64,000 bases of DNA, taken from positions 82,026,001 through 82,090,000 of the forward strand of contig OX597821.1 of the NCBI GenBank assembly GCA_951406725.2, in the 5' to 3' direction. A program made the translations under genes and the position numbers. Below, piece after piece: positions 1 through 13,625 of this stretch (positions within the stretch are counted from its first letter, which is position 1; every line of letters starts with the position of its first letter). Source of the DNA: Octopus vulgaris. Lineage: Eukaryota. Under the pieces are notes generated by a model that made no database searches, had not been told where the DNA came from, and saw only the letters and a program-made list of their open reading frames with translations.

Positions 1-421
<421 letters not shown>

Positions 422-704
422 GAATATGGATGAAATACCTCTAAGTATTTTGCTCGGCATGCTAACGATTCTGCCTGCTCACCATCCTCAGTTGTTAATA
501 TTGGGAAAATTGAAAAATCAAAAGACACAATACAATGGTAACATTTATATAAAAATATCTAATTTTTTTCTTGATATTAAAAAAATTATATGATATCCTC
601 TGGTTAATATTGATTTTTATGTATCAAGTCTGTAAATTTTATTAGCCCTGGAAGGTTGAAAATCAAGCTTAACCTCTGTGGGTTTTGAACTCAGAACACA
701 AAAA

Positions 705-885
705 AATATTACTGATATCACATATTTAATGCACATGTCTTGTTTATGTGCCTATTGACTGTGGGATTTGTCCAAGGAAAAGTCCCTTTAAAATGTGGAG
801 AAGGAACTTTATCGTGGATGAATCCTGCACCCAATAAGTGCATAAACAAAGCATATACATTGAGTATGTGACATCAGTGATGTTT
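705..885. repeat. Imperfect fold-back palindrome (MITE-like), arms about 85 nt
   Basis: Left arm ACTGATATCACATATTTAATG...GGATTTGTCCA matches the reverse complement of right arm TGGATGAATCC...CATTGAGTATGTGACATCAGT, mostly with transition mismatches. Confidence 0.7.
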
Positions 886-899
886 ACATTGTTAGAACA

Positions 900-1625
900 G
901 CTTCTAATTCAGAAAGAAATACAACTTATTATCACAACATCTTTATTCTGAGACTCTATTATTTCTGCCAATCCATCACCTATATCTCTGATAAATGTTA
1001 GAATGGTGAAGTTCTGCATAGCAACAAGCCAAACTCTTACAACTGTACATATTGAATATAAGACAAAGTTGAGTATTCTGAATATTTGATGTTTGACCAA
1101 CTGATGCCAACAAACAAAGAATTACACATATCTTGTCTCGAAGTAATCAATCATGAATAAGGATTTCACAATGAGATAAAGTCAAGAATCTACAAATGCT
1201 TCTTTTTGCTGTAAGAGGCAGATAGCAATAACAGCAATTCGTATTGATATGATCATTGATATTCAGAGGAAAATCTAATTGGATATCTTCATGATATTTT
1301 GAAGATATACTTGCAGCATTTTTTTCATTTTTAACAAAGTTAGCAATAATACTGTAGATATGCAAAAAATGTTCAAAATGAAACTTAGAATTTAAGAGAA
1401 ATAAAGCATTCTTACATCAGTTCTTTGAACATAAGAAAGAAATCTATGTCCCAATGAAATATCCAGGTACTTTCTCCCAAGCACATCCCCTCGAAAAGAG
1501 AATGGTAATAAGAAAGCAACAGCAGAGTAACTATTGCTTGATCAGAAGTTTGAGGAATGAGTTTGAATAAGAAATTACACAGTGAATACCAAACACTGGT
1601 AAACAGCACAGGCCCTCAAAATAAA
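900..1625 (+). pseudogene. Highly decayed RTE-type LINE, C-terminal RT region
   Basis: Frameshifted translation KNYTYLVS...HNEIKSRIYK resembles the RTE FTYLGS...EIxxRIxKA motif; many stops. Confidence 0.45.
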
Positions 1626-3525
1626 CCTTACTACCTCTCTTTTATTCACCCTCCTGTGACTTGAGGGTATGCTGTGACACATTTTCCCCACAGTCCTCCC
1701 TCTCTTCCAACTGGGGTAACCATATATCTCTTCTCTCATATTTTAGATTCTCATCACCTGGTACAAAATCAATTCACTCGACTACTTCACCCACTCAATT
1801 GAGGGATCTTGTCTTGTGAGTTGACTTTATTAGTGCTGGGGCCACATAAAAAGCACCCAGTGCACTCTGTCAAATGATTGGTGTTAGGAAGGGCAACTAG
1901 CCATAAGAAACTATGTCAAAGCAGAGGAATGGAGTTTGTTGCAATTCTTTGCTTCATCAGCACCTGTTGAACCATCCAACCTATGCTAGAATGGGAAATG
2001 GATGTTAAATGATGATGATGTGGAACACTTGATGTGAAATACAAGAATTAAAAAAACAAAATATCACATCATATCAAAACAGATTCAATATATACAGCAA
2101 TATTGCTATGAAGAATATTCTACTGTGTAATAATGTTGTTTGTAACTTTTACTATAAATATATAAATATATAAAAGACTGGTATTAAATTTCCGGCATGG
2201 TTTTGTGGTAGTGATATCACTGGCAGGTACTGCATTTCTGATGCTAATGGACAGTGCAAGGATATTGTAATGATAGTAAAGGATGTTGGAGATAGGATGT
2301 TGTGTGACATTTGGTGGTGCAGCCGGAGAATGTGAGGGTGGAGGGTACATGGTTGGGTTGTCATGTAAGATGGTAGTGAGGACTGGTAGAAATATAGATT
2401 TGTAATTGGCAATGATGATGAGGAAGGACAGTGAGTTAGCAGAATCATTAGCACATGGGACAAAGGTCTGAATGACATTTCTTCTGGCTCTTGATGTTCT
2501 AAGTTCAAATTCCACCAAGGTCAACCCTCCCTTTCATTCTTTTAGGATTGATAAAATAAAGTACCAGTCAAGTACAGGAGTTAATGTAATTGACTTGTTC
2601 CCACCTCTCAGAATTGCTAGCCTTGAATCCTGCAATGGACTAGCATCCTCTTCAGGAAAAATGTGATCTTGGTCATTTATATACATTGGAACTGGCAAAC
2701 CAGCTTTATGAGTCCTAGCGCTGAAGCAAAATTATAAAACAAGAATGGTGAGTAGAAAGTGATAGTGGTTGTGATCAGACGGAAAAGCAAAAGAGAATGA
2801 TGATGATGTGAAATGTGGATGCAGAGTTGTAGTATAAGGTGCTGGAGGATGCAAAAGTGTTGGTATATGATGAAGGTAATGATGAAGGTTGATATGGAGT
2901 GCAATGATGTTGATATACAGGTGAGGATTGTAGTGGTAATGGATATAATAAGTGTTTGTGAATGGTTTGGAAATGAGGTGACCAAAGCTAATTGGTGATG
3001 AATTGTACAGGAGCCTAGTTGCTGCTCACATTGTGCAGACCTATTCTCAAAGGGATAATATGACTAGAATAGTAGCTATTACCATAGTAAACCAGAGTGC
3101 ATAAATAATAACTGCACAAGGTCCTACTACATCTAATAGAAACAAGATTAGAAAACACAATAGGTTACATAAACACATTATTTTGTGGCTCAGCACCCCA
3201 CTTCAGTCTAAATGTTCCTTAAATGTGGCAGGTAAAATTTTCCAAACCTTCCTCTCAAATACTTCCTCTTATTCACAAAATTTTCAATAGACACACAGTA
3301 AAACTATTTTACTCCACCATGCCAAATAATGTTGAATACTTAGCAAAATTTAAATGTGGAAATTTAAATTGTATAACTAATAACACTATAACCATTGACT
3401 ACCCCTGTAATAACACCATACAGGACTTTATATATGTATGTACTGTGTGCGTATGTGAGCATGCATATATATGCATGTGTGTGTATATACATACATATGT
3501 ATGGATGACAGCGATTTTACTTAGC

Positions 3526-3564
<39 letters not shown>

Positions 3565-4324
3565 ACACACACACACATACACATGCACACACTCACACAC
3601 ACATGCACACAACCATGTATGTATGTATGTATCTTTGTATGTGAGTATGTATGCATGGGACTATATGTATGTATAAATGTAGATAACTGTTAATATGTGT
3701 GTGTGTGTTTTTATGTATGTGTGCAATATTGTAGTAGTTATTTCAATTTTTCTGGATGTATGTAATTGTGGCAGAATTTGAATAAAAGTTGATTGTTGAA
3801 GAACATCGTTTTTCAAGTTCATGAGTGAATTCCATCATTGAAGCACTCATGCAAAAATTCTTTTAGAATCTTTAGAATCTTTGTCTACAGAAGAATATCT
3901 TTCAAAACGTTTATAAGATTCTTCTTGTATTCTTTGGTACTCTTATCTGTGAATTATATTTTGCAATTTCCTATATTTTTCTTTGTTTACTTATGTTATT
4001 TTATTTAATTCTTCTTGTTATTTTGCTTAAATTAAGGATTGTACATTCTTTCATTTATTTATTTATTTATATATTTATTTATTTATGTATTTATTTAGAG
4101 TGCTTTGACTTATTGATTTGAGTGAGTTCATAACTAAAATTCTTCTGTAAAGACTAACACCACAGTACAAAACTTTGCCCTGTTGTTCTCCTTTTACTGA
4201 TCAAATTAATGTAGTCTTGTCAATCATTGGACATGCAAAGGGCCTTCCAAACATTGTACATGTAAAGGGTATATTTTGTGTGTATATTTAGAGTTGAATT
4301 GTAAATGTAACCATAAAGTTTCTT

Positions 4325-4483
4325 ATGATCTGATGTGTTAACTTTCTTTATTTGCATTAACTTGTGAATATTCAATTGTTATGCATAATCCTGAGCATAC
4401 ATATTAGTGAAAGCATTCGCATATAATTTTTCCTGCTGAAATTAATTATTACTTGATAGTGGTTATGAAACAGCTGTAATCAT
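4325..4483 (+). ncRNA. Degenerate type I hammerhead-like motif with very long loop II
   Basis: ATGAT-CTGATGT-GTTAACT...(about 120 nt)...GGTTAT-GAAAC-AGCT-GTA-ATCAT; perfect 5-bp stem I and palindromic stem III, but A9 is replaced by U. Confidence 0.4.
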
Positions 4484-4779
4484 TGGAGAGTCATATGGAA
4501 AGTTAAATCTATCTTCACTTTTCACTCCTGCTAATTTTATTCTTTATTTATTCCTCAAGGAAAAATTTATTGTTCAGATTTCCAGGATTTTTAGTTTTGC
4601 AGACTACTACATTACACTACAAGATAATTGGTTATTATGTAAACTGAGAACCAATTCTGAATGGAGAGCTTACTGCAAACACCACTTGAGTCTCTGAATC
4701 CATATTTTCTACTACTCTTTGAAATATAATACATACATATCTAAACATACATACATACATACATACATACATACATACA

Positions 4780-4810
<31 letters not shown>

Positions 4811-5205
4811 GTACATACATACATACATACATATGTACATATATATAGATATATAAATACATGCCTCCAACTTCTATATCTGGACTACAAATTTACATTT
4901 ATACCAATAATAATTGGTGAACTTCGTTTTGTAAGTAAATGTTTAACTGTCAGTCTAGATAAACTAGGATTTTCAGAAAAATAAATCACCCATCTGACTC
5001 ACACATTACCAATACAATCTGTAAGCAGAAAAGTAAGACTATGCAAGACTTTTCTCAGGTTTAAAATGTAACATTGTTTTCATGTAACATTGTTTCATGT
5101 AACATTGTTACAATGATGGAGTTTGGGATTTTGTTAGAAACCAGCTCCTTTTTCAAAGGAAGAATTTAAATAATTAATAACAGAAGAGACATACTTACAT
5201 ACATA

Positions 5206-5600
5206 CTCTTTTACTCTTTTACTTGTTTCAGTCATTTGACTGCGGCCATGCTGGAGCACCACCATTAGCCACACAAATCAACCCGAGGACTTATTCTTTG
5301 TAAGCCTAGTACTTATTCTATTGGTTTCTTTTGCTGAACTGCTAAGTTACGGGAACGTAAACACACCAGCATCGGTTGTCAAGTAATGTTGGGGGGACAA
5401 ACACACATACACATATATATATACATATACATATATACGACGGGCTTCTTTTCAGTTTCCATCTACCAAATCCACTCACAAGGCTTTGGTCGGCCCGAGG
5501 CTATAGGAGAAGACACTTGCCCAAGGTGCTATGTAGTGGGACTGAATCTGGAATCATGTGGTTGGTAAACAAGCTACTTACCACACAGCCACTCCTGCGC
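5206..5600 (-). mobile_element. SINE family A, near full length
   Basis: Minus strand starts GCGCAGGAGTGGCTGTGTGGTAAG (A box), then the family body and an AAGAGTA-repeat tail. Confidence 0.85.
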
Positions 5601-6182
5601 ATACATACATATATCCTCATCAGCAGAACCAATACAAACCCTAAACATTTTCCCTATACCCAGCGCAGCCCAACCATACATACTCAAAACACACACATTC
5701 GCATTTATGCATATATACACAATTGTATAAAGACTGATGGAGGTATCTTCTGGAGCATACATTGGTACACGCACAAATTGATATATATGTATGTGGATAT
5801 GCAAACATATATATACATATATACATATGTATAAATGTTTTTAGATATAGTTACACATATGCATAGACAGACATAGAGATGTATACACACGTACATATGC
5901 ATATAGATATACATACATACATACATACATAGATAAATATATATAATATATATATCAACAATAAAGGAACATAATAGGCCATTCACCCACTAGAAATAAC
6001 AGCCAAAGCTTCAACCGCAAATAAAAGTTAATTCAGTAAACAGGAGAAAATTTAAAAACATTTACCCTGTAATTTCTTATACGATATACCGTTTCATCTG
6101 GTCTATGACTATTTTAATTTTTTCCTACTAGCCGCTGGTGGCAAAGAATTCTACAAAACTTTTTTTGCCACCCTATATTGAT

Positions 6183-6234
<52 letters not shown>

Positions 6235-6429
6235 CATGTATGTATACATAAGCCTTCATTAAGAACAACACAAACATCTTATGAGAGTATAAGGAGAAAG
6301 GAGAGGTGGAGGAAGAGGAGGAAGATGAGGTGGGGAGAAGAGTGAGGGCGAGGGAGAGGGGGAGGGGGAGGTAGATTTCGTGTTTTGATAAATTAGGTCA
6401 CATCTGAGATTATAAAGAATATATCTTAA

Positions 6430-6822
6430 GCATCAACACCATTGCTGTCACCAAACCAAAACTACCATCAGTGCCATCACCAATTACATGACTACTACTA
6501 CTGTTACCACCACCACCACTACCACCACCACCACCATCACCAGATGTATTGGTAATGATGCTATTACCAATACATCTGCACCACCACCACCACCACCACC
6601 ACCACCACCACCACCACCACCATTGCCACCATTATTACCACCATTACATTACTGCCAAACTGAAAGTACCACCTCGACCACACCATTATGCTACCGGCAA
6701 TACAACAGCACCACCACCACTACCACCAACATAAATTATTACATTACCACCACCACTACAGTACTACTAAAACAACAGTAGCACCACCCAAACATAATTA
6801 TTACACAATAAGCTCCACCACC

Positions 6823-6854
<32 letters not shown>

Positions 6855-6870
6855 CAACGCAAAAGAATAA
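6430..6870. repeat. Degenerate (CAC/CAA/TAC)n trinucleotide low-complexity tract
   Basis: Direct inspection; source of the poly-Pro/His/Thr ORFs. Confidence 0.85.
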
Positions 6871-7134
6871 TTACCCAAACCAAGAAGAGAGTATTTGTGG
6901 GTTCCTGATCTGGTAGAAATAGCAACCAAATCTTACTCAAACCACATACCTTATTGTCTTAAAGATACATGATAATGTATGCATAGGTACACTCTGTCTG
7001 AAGAAGATAGAATGGTCACAGGTGAGACAGCCGTGATCATGGGTCTACTCAATGAGAGCTGACCTGGGGTTAAACAGCAAACACTATTATTGTCTCCATC
7101 TTCACCACCACCACCACCACCAACATCCAACAAT

Positions 7135-7366
7135 ACCTATTTCTTTATTACCCACAAGGGGCTAAACATAGAGGGGACAAACAAGAACAGACAAACGGAT
7201 AAAGTCAATTATATCAACCCCAGTGTGTAACTGGTACTTAATTTATCGACCCCGAAAGGATGAACGGCAAAGTTGACCTCGGCAGAATTTGAACTCAGAA
7301 CGTAACGGCAGACAAAATACAGCTACGCATTTCGCCCGGTGTGCTAATGTTTCTGCCAGCTCACCA
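7135..7366 (-). mobile_element. SINE family B (GGTGAGCTGGCAGAA...GAGTTCAAATTC...TTTCATCCTTTCGGGGTCGATAAA)
   Basis: Matches the copies at 15720-15935 and 39493-39724; B-box GAGTTCAAATTC. Confidence 0.8.
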
Positions 7367-7727
7367 CCACCAACATCCAACAATACCGCCACTACGCCAC
7401 CACCACCACCACCATCACTGCCACTACAATTATCACTGTGTCTGCTCTATCACTGTCATGATTATTATCATATCACCCAACTTCATAAAAACCATCATTA
7501 TAACAATTATTATTACTGCTAATATTACCGATAGCACTATCATATTCCTCTTAGTATTACATTTCTTCTTGCACCACTATTATTCTCTCTCTTGAATACG
7601 ATTACATTTCCAGCACTATTCTATCCACCATTTTACCTCCACAACAACCACTGCTAAATGTAAATAAATATATATATATATATACACTCATATTTTGAGT
7701 TCTATTTTTCCTATTTGCATCACCATA

Positions 7728-7760
<33 letters not shown>

Positions 7761-7962
7761 TCCTTTACTCTCTCACTTGTTGCAGGCATTTGACTGTGGC
7801 CATGCTGGGGCACAAGGATTGGCAAACCAGATGGCTGCACCAGGCTCCAATCTGATCTGGCACTCCTAACATAACCCATCCTTAGTGTTGGTACCTACGG
7901 ACAATCGGCTTCATTGGACGGACCAGTGTTCCCTACTTTTGGTCCATTGTACTGAGGTATGG

Positions 7963-8009
<47 letters not shown>

Positions 8010-8019
8010 AAAAAAAAAA

Positions 8020-8192
8020 TTTTTTAATTTTTCTCTCCTTGTTTCTTTTCTGTGTATCTTTCTGCTGAAGAGCGTAGGCTCGAAACGTAAAAGACTTGTT
8101 TTATTTATATTCTTGAGCGCCATACTAATACAATTGTTTGTTTGTATTCCACCTGCCTTCGTCTTTTGTTTATTTTCATAAAGCTTCCCGTT
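8020..8192 (+). mobile_element. Short Penelope-pLTR-like element with minimal hammerhead motif at 8057-8094
   Basis: TCTTT-CTGCTGA-A-GAGC(GTAG)GCTC-GAAAC-GTA-AAAGA; flanked by (TA)n on both sides; related copies at about 20.2k, 20.8k, 26.4k and 59.0k. Confidence 0.6.
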
Positions 8193-8884
8193 ATATATAT
8201 ATATATATATATATCGTTGATGCAAAACCAATTCCAACAAAATTTAGTCTGCTAAATAGAATCTATGCTTTTTAACTTGACACATTTACACATGGGAATT
8301 TCTCAGAGCAATCACTGCAGTTTATGGCATCATTTTCATAGTAGCACATCTAAGTTCAGTTGGATGTACAAATTGATATGTATGTGAGATTAATTTTATG
8401 TTTCCTGTGTATATACAGATATACATGTATATACATATATATCTGTATATACATATATATCTATATATACACAAGAAACATAAAATTAATCTCACATGAA
8501 ATCGTGACTTTTAGTTTCCTCCAGGCATTTAGTTTAAATTTTCTTTGCATTTTATTTAGAACCATTTTTTTTTACCTTCTTTGATTAAGTTTTTGTTGTA
8601 AAGTGAAGTTTTTCATGTAAACATGTGTGTTGTGCGTTTGTATTTATACATGGTGACTGTTTGTTGCTTTGGGTAGACATGTAAGTAGTTTGTCACTTTT
8701 TACAGGATGTGATTGTGTGTGGTGTTATGTGAGTGATGTATCTTGATATGATGGGTGATGCGCTACATGTGTACATGCATTTAGTTTTGTGATTTGTGTG
8801 TATGAGTGGGGCCAGCCAACATGTATCGTTTACTGACACTATTGTGAGTACAAGTATGTAATAAATTAAGGCATGTTTAGTGTA

Positions 8885-9298
8885 TACTCTTTTACTCTTT
8901 ACTCTTTTACTTGTTTCAGTCATGTGACTGCGGCCATGCTGGAGCACCACCTTTAGTCGAGCAAATCGACCCCGGGACTTATTCTTTGTAAGCCCAGTAC
9001 TTATTCGATCGGTCTCTTTTGCCGAACCGCTAAGTGACGGGGACGTAAACACACCAGCATCGGTTGTCAGGCAATGCTAGGGGGACAAACACAGACACAC
9101 AAACACACACATGCATATATATATACATATATACAACGGGTTTCTTTCAGTTTCTGTCTACCAAATCCACTCACAAGGCATTGGTCGGCCCGGGGCTATA
9201 GCAGAAGACACTTGCCTAAGATGCCACGCAGTGGGACTGAACCCGGAACCATGTGGTTGTTTAGCAAGCTACTTACCACACAGCCACTCCTGCGCCTA
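8885..9298 (-). mobile_element. SINE family A, full length, young
   Basis: Head GGCGCAGGAGTGGCTGTGTGG...GGTTCAGTCCC on the minus strand; CpGs retained; (AAGAGTA)n tail. Confidence 0.9.
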
Positions 9299-9595
9299 TA
9301 TGTTTATATGTATTTATGAGAGAATACTGTATTACTAATATCAACCATTCTGCATTACTACATGTTTTGTTGCACTACAAATGTCACATACATCCTTGCC
9401 TTAATGCTGCACCACCACCACCACCACCACCACCACCACCGCCGCCGCCACCACCACCACCACCACCACCACCACCACCACCACCACCACCACCCACCAT
9501 CATCACTACCCACCATCACCACCACCACCACCAATACCCTAGTCACTCTTCTAATGACACATATTCTAATAGCATCTAGTCTTGAACTTCTTAAT

Positions 9596-9863
9596 CAGTC
9601 GTTTCCAAACTGGGTGGTACTTCCCCCTTGGATCCCAAGGGGTGGCACTGAAGAAAAGTGGGGCAATAATGGAGTGACAAAGAGGGAGTGATGGATGTAA
9701 AAAATCTCAATGGATTAATTATGCTAAGTTTTATTTGTGACATACAATTGTTTTGTATTTGCTGCAGAAAGTGGTCTGTTTGTGGTAGGGAGGGGAAGAG
9801 GGTGTTAGGAATGTGACCTGGGGGCTAAGGGGGTGGGAGCCTGAAAAAGTTTGGGAACCCCTG
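9596..9863. mobile_element. hAT (Charlie-like) MITE
   Basis: TIRs CAGTCGTTTCCAAACT / AGTTTGGGAACCCCTG; imperfect 8-bp TSD TTCTTAAT / TTCTAGAT. Confidence 0.7.
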
Positions 9864-9910
9864 TTCTAGATGATACAATCTTAATATCAATTTCTCCTTG
9901 TATAGTAAAG

Positions 9911-9967
<57 letters not shown>

Positions 9968-10139
9968 AAGAGTCCAAGCCTTGAATATTACAGCATGCTT
10001 GATGAACCAATTTATGACTCAAAGAGGAAGCTTCTATGTGACCACTTGGCTGACTAAAAGTAGCAGCCAAAATCTTCCTTATATCACCCCTTAGCATCTA
10101 AAAAAATGAGAAAAAGGCATTGGGTAATAATAAATAATA

Positions 10140-10500
10140 ATAATGAAATTATTGTGTATAGTGCTCAGGTGAGCTACAATTCAGCAAAGGTGCATGTACA
10201 GTACATAGAATTATGTACAAAAGTCAGGAAAGTGATCAGTGTATGAGTCATGATATACATGTGTGCATGCGTGTGGAGTGGGGGATGTAGTGTTGGTGAA
10301 TTTCAGGAAGCATGGAGGTTTTAAAGGATGCAATGTCTTGGCAACTAACAACTGATGCAGGTAGAGTTTGTTCCATGCTTTTGCAACTCTGAGTCTGAAA
10401 AAATGTTTCTGAAAGTTACGGGAGCTGTGGTACTTTCTGACTTTGTAGGCATGCCCGGTCCTAGATGTATTAGATTTTAAAAAAGAGATTGGATGGTCAC
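10140..10500 (-). mobile_element. CR1/L2-type LINE 3' end
   Basis: Translation RTGHAYKVRK...KHFFRLRVAKAWNKL resembles the CR1 C-terminal TRGH...FFxxRVxxxWNxL motif; (TTA)n tail. Confidence 0.75.
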
Positions 10501-11278
10501 TTGTCAATAAGTTTACTTTAATTAAGGCTAATTTAGAACTAAACAAGAACAACAGGAGATTTTCGTTGAAGAAATTTGGCCGTGATCAAGTGTCTTGATA
10601 CAGGTTACAACTCCAGTACAATGAGCATGTGATTAGAATGTTGCCAGGAAGGATCAGAAAATGGATACTTCAAGAGGAGGCATCTGATTGGAGATGTGGA
10701 GGGAGCTGAAGAATGAAATTGCTGGATAAATGCTGTAGTCTCAGTTGGGGATATTTGGGAATCCAGCTGGAAGGAATACTGACAGGTGCTTCTGATGGGG
10801 TCCGATGGAGGAAGTGGGTGAGGAGTTTACTCCATATGATGCCACCAGGAATAGTAAAGAGAGAAAATAGATGGGTGTGATTCAAATCATGAGTTATAAG
10901 GAGAAAAAGATGAAGCCAGAAGACTGAGTAGAGACATTTAGAGTTAACATTGTTTATCAATGTAAAGTTTGGAAGTTTAAAGATTAGAAATCAGAGCTGG
11001 TTTCTGTACATTGGACAACAATTGTGTATGAGTGTGCTTGTACACACACACAATACATACATGCAGATACTTTCACACACACACACACACACTATTGCAA
11101 AAGCACAAACACACACACACAATGGGTTTTCATACAGTTTCTGTTTACCAATTCCACTCAAAAGGCATTGCTCAGCCTGAGGCTATATTTGAAGACACTT
11201 ATCCAAAGTGCCTTGCAGTCAGACTGAACCTCAGAACACGTGGTTTCAAAATGAACTTCTAATTCACACATCCAGTAG

Positions 11279-11353
<75 letters not shown>

Positions 11354-12109
11354 TGTATGGGCACCTTGAGAGAAAGAAAGAAAGAGAGAGAAAGAGATAA
11401 AAAGAAAGAGATACAAAGAATCCTTATGACTCGTTAACTAACAACAAAATTGACTGGTTCAATCTGCATTATATTAGCTACCAAAAAGGTTTCGCAGCCC
11501 ATAATTTCACAGCAAGACTAAATATATAGAGACATGGCTCTGTATATATATTTATTATTAATTCACATTGTATCGATACTCAATATGATTATATAGTTAT
11601 GATTATTACAACAGCTTTAGTATATTACAATAAGGATGATGTACTTATAACAAGCTTACTGCAATTAAGTACAATATTTTAAAATGCTGACCTCCAATAT
11701 CCTTAACACATTCCTATTGTCTAGTATCTACACTTAAGCACACTTTGGCACAGAGTTCTTCATTGTGGTAAACTTCTTGGCACTTTGCTTCTCATATGGA
11801 TCAAATCATATCATGAACAGGACATAGAATTTTAAAAAAAATATTTTATCCTTGGTAACATTCCATACCAAAAATTCATTGGTCTGGTGTTCAGAGTGAC
11901 TATTTAACTGGTCTTCATTGATCTATCCACTGGCAAGATAAATATTTGTGAGTAAGAACTACACACTCTAGAATATAGTTTATGTAAGTGTGTACTGTAT
12001 GTCTTTGAAGCTGGCTAGTTACTCTATTGTTACTCTGTGATCCTTATTTTGTGCTTTTATTCAGGTATAAAATCTCAGAATAACAATGGTATGAAAAATC
12101 AGTTTCAAA

Positions 12110-12260
12110 AATATATATATTCTACATTATTTACATTTGATGGATATTTGTCCTCTTCTCGTTTGTTGTTAACATGTTCCGGCTGATATCCCCTCCAGCC
12201 TTCATCAGGTGTCTTGAGGAAATTTCGAACCTGGGTTCTCATTTCTAAGGTATTTTTCGA

Positions 12261-12265
<5 letters not shown>
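12110..12265 (-). mobile_element. Penelope-pLTR-like element with decayed hammerhead at 12170-12213
   Basis: Minus strand ACAC-CTGATGA-A-GGCTG(GAGGGGATAT)CAGCC-GGAAC-ATGTT; A13 is replaced by G; abuts a (TAT)n tract. Confidence 0.6.
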
Positions 12266-12296
<31 letters not shown>

Positions 12297-12454
12297 CATT
12301 ATTATTATTATTCAGGTCACTGCCTGGAATCGAACTTGGAATCTTGGGGTTAGTAGCCTGTGCTCTTAACCACTATGCCATAGGAAAATATTAACCCTAA
12401 AATTCACTCCATAAGTGCCTACAGGCATTTGACGTAGTGGTTAAGAGTATGCAG

Positions 12455-12576
12455 ATTTTCTCACAGATGGTATCTAACTGACCCTATTATAATGCAGAGT
12501 CAACAAAATTGAAAACAAACAATGCTCATGCACAAAATTAAAAATATGAAGTGGCAACAATTTACCCATCACACCC

Positions 12577-12628
<52 letters not shown>

Positions 12629-13140
12629 TACACACACATACCACACACTCACACATACACATATGTATTCCTGAGCCTGTGACCCATATTTACATTGGAC
12701 ATCTTGCTCTGGCTTGTCTCTGGACCATGTCAGTAGAGTGGAGAATGTCTGTGAGGTACTGTGCAAGCATTATTGGACCTAAAACATTTAGGTTGTGCAA
12801 CCAACAGCAAGGCAACTATCCAATGCCAAGTTCAGTAGGAGGGGGCCACGGCAAGCATGGAAGCCATGGATGCAATCCCAGGTGAAGCTGACTGCACCAT
12901 GACACAATTCACTCTGCCAGAAATTTGGAAACATGTTACACAGCTTGGCATTCATGCTGGAAGTTCCAATATGAACATTTCAGTGTCAATTGGGTGTCAA
13001 TCTGAGGAGAGTGCAGAGGATTCGGAAAAAGTTGGACGAGTCTGATGGTGATTGCAAATAATCTCAAGCATGTGTATTGCTGGCATTTTGCATGGGAAAT
13101 GGTCAGTGATGGTCTTCCTCGCTCACAAGTGGACAGCCAT
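12455..13140. mobile_element. Rearranged maT (Tc1/mariner) relic: 5' end on minus strand (12455-12582), internal part on plus strand (about 12893-13140)
   Basis: Both pieces match contiguous sequence in the copy at 18560-18860. Confidence 0.7.
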
Positions 13141-13161
13141 CATCATCGTCATTATATATGT

Positions 13162-13541
13162 ATACTCTTTTACTTGTTTCAGTCATTTGACTGTGGCCAT
13201 GTTGGAGCCTTTAGTCGAGCAAATCGACCCCAGGATTTATTCTTTCAAAGCCTAGTACTTATTCTATTGGTCTCTTTTGCTGAACTGATAAGTTACGGGG
13301 ATGTAAACACAGCAGCATCAGTTGTCAAGTGATATTGGAGGGACAAACACACACACATATATATATATACATATATACGACAGGCCTCTTTCAGTTTCCG
13401 TCTACCAAATCCACTCACAAGGCTTTGGTCGGCCCAAGGCTATAGCAGAAGACACTTGCCCAAGGTGCCACGCAGTGGGACTGAACTCGGAACTATGTGG
13501 TTCGTAAGGAAGCTACTTACCACACAGCCACTACTATGCCT
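13162..13541 (-). mobile_element. SINE family A
   Basis: Colinear with 8885-9298. Confidence 0.85.
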
Positions 13542-13625
13542 ATATCTATGAATTATATACATCCTATTTCTTTTTAGCGATAGCTAATTTAGGATAGATG
13601 TACAGTAAAATATATTTACATCTCA

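Noticed and set aside
3875-3922. Very degenerate hammerhead-like string
   Set aside because: Three or more core mismatches; not distinguishable from chance.
6060-6175. Hammerhead 3' half GAAAC-GGTATATC-GTA on the minus strand
   Set aside because: No CUGANGA upstream; at best a truncated relic.
6488-9691. Poly-Pro and poly-His ORFs
   Set aside because: (CAC)n microsatellite artefacts.
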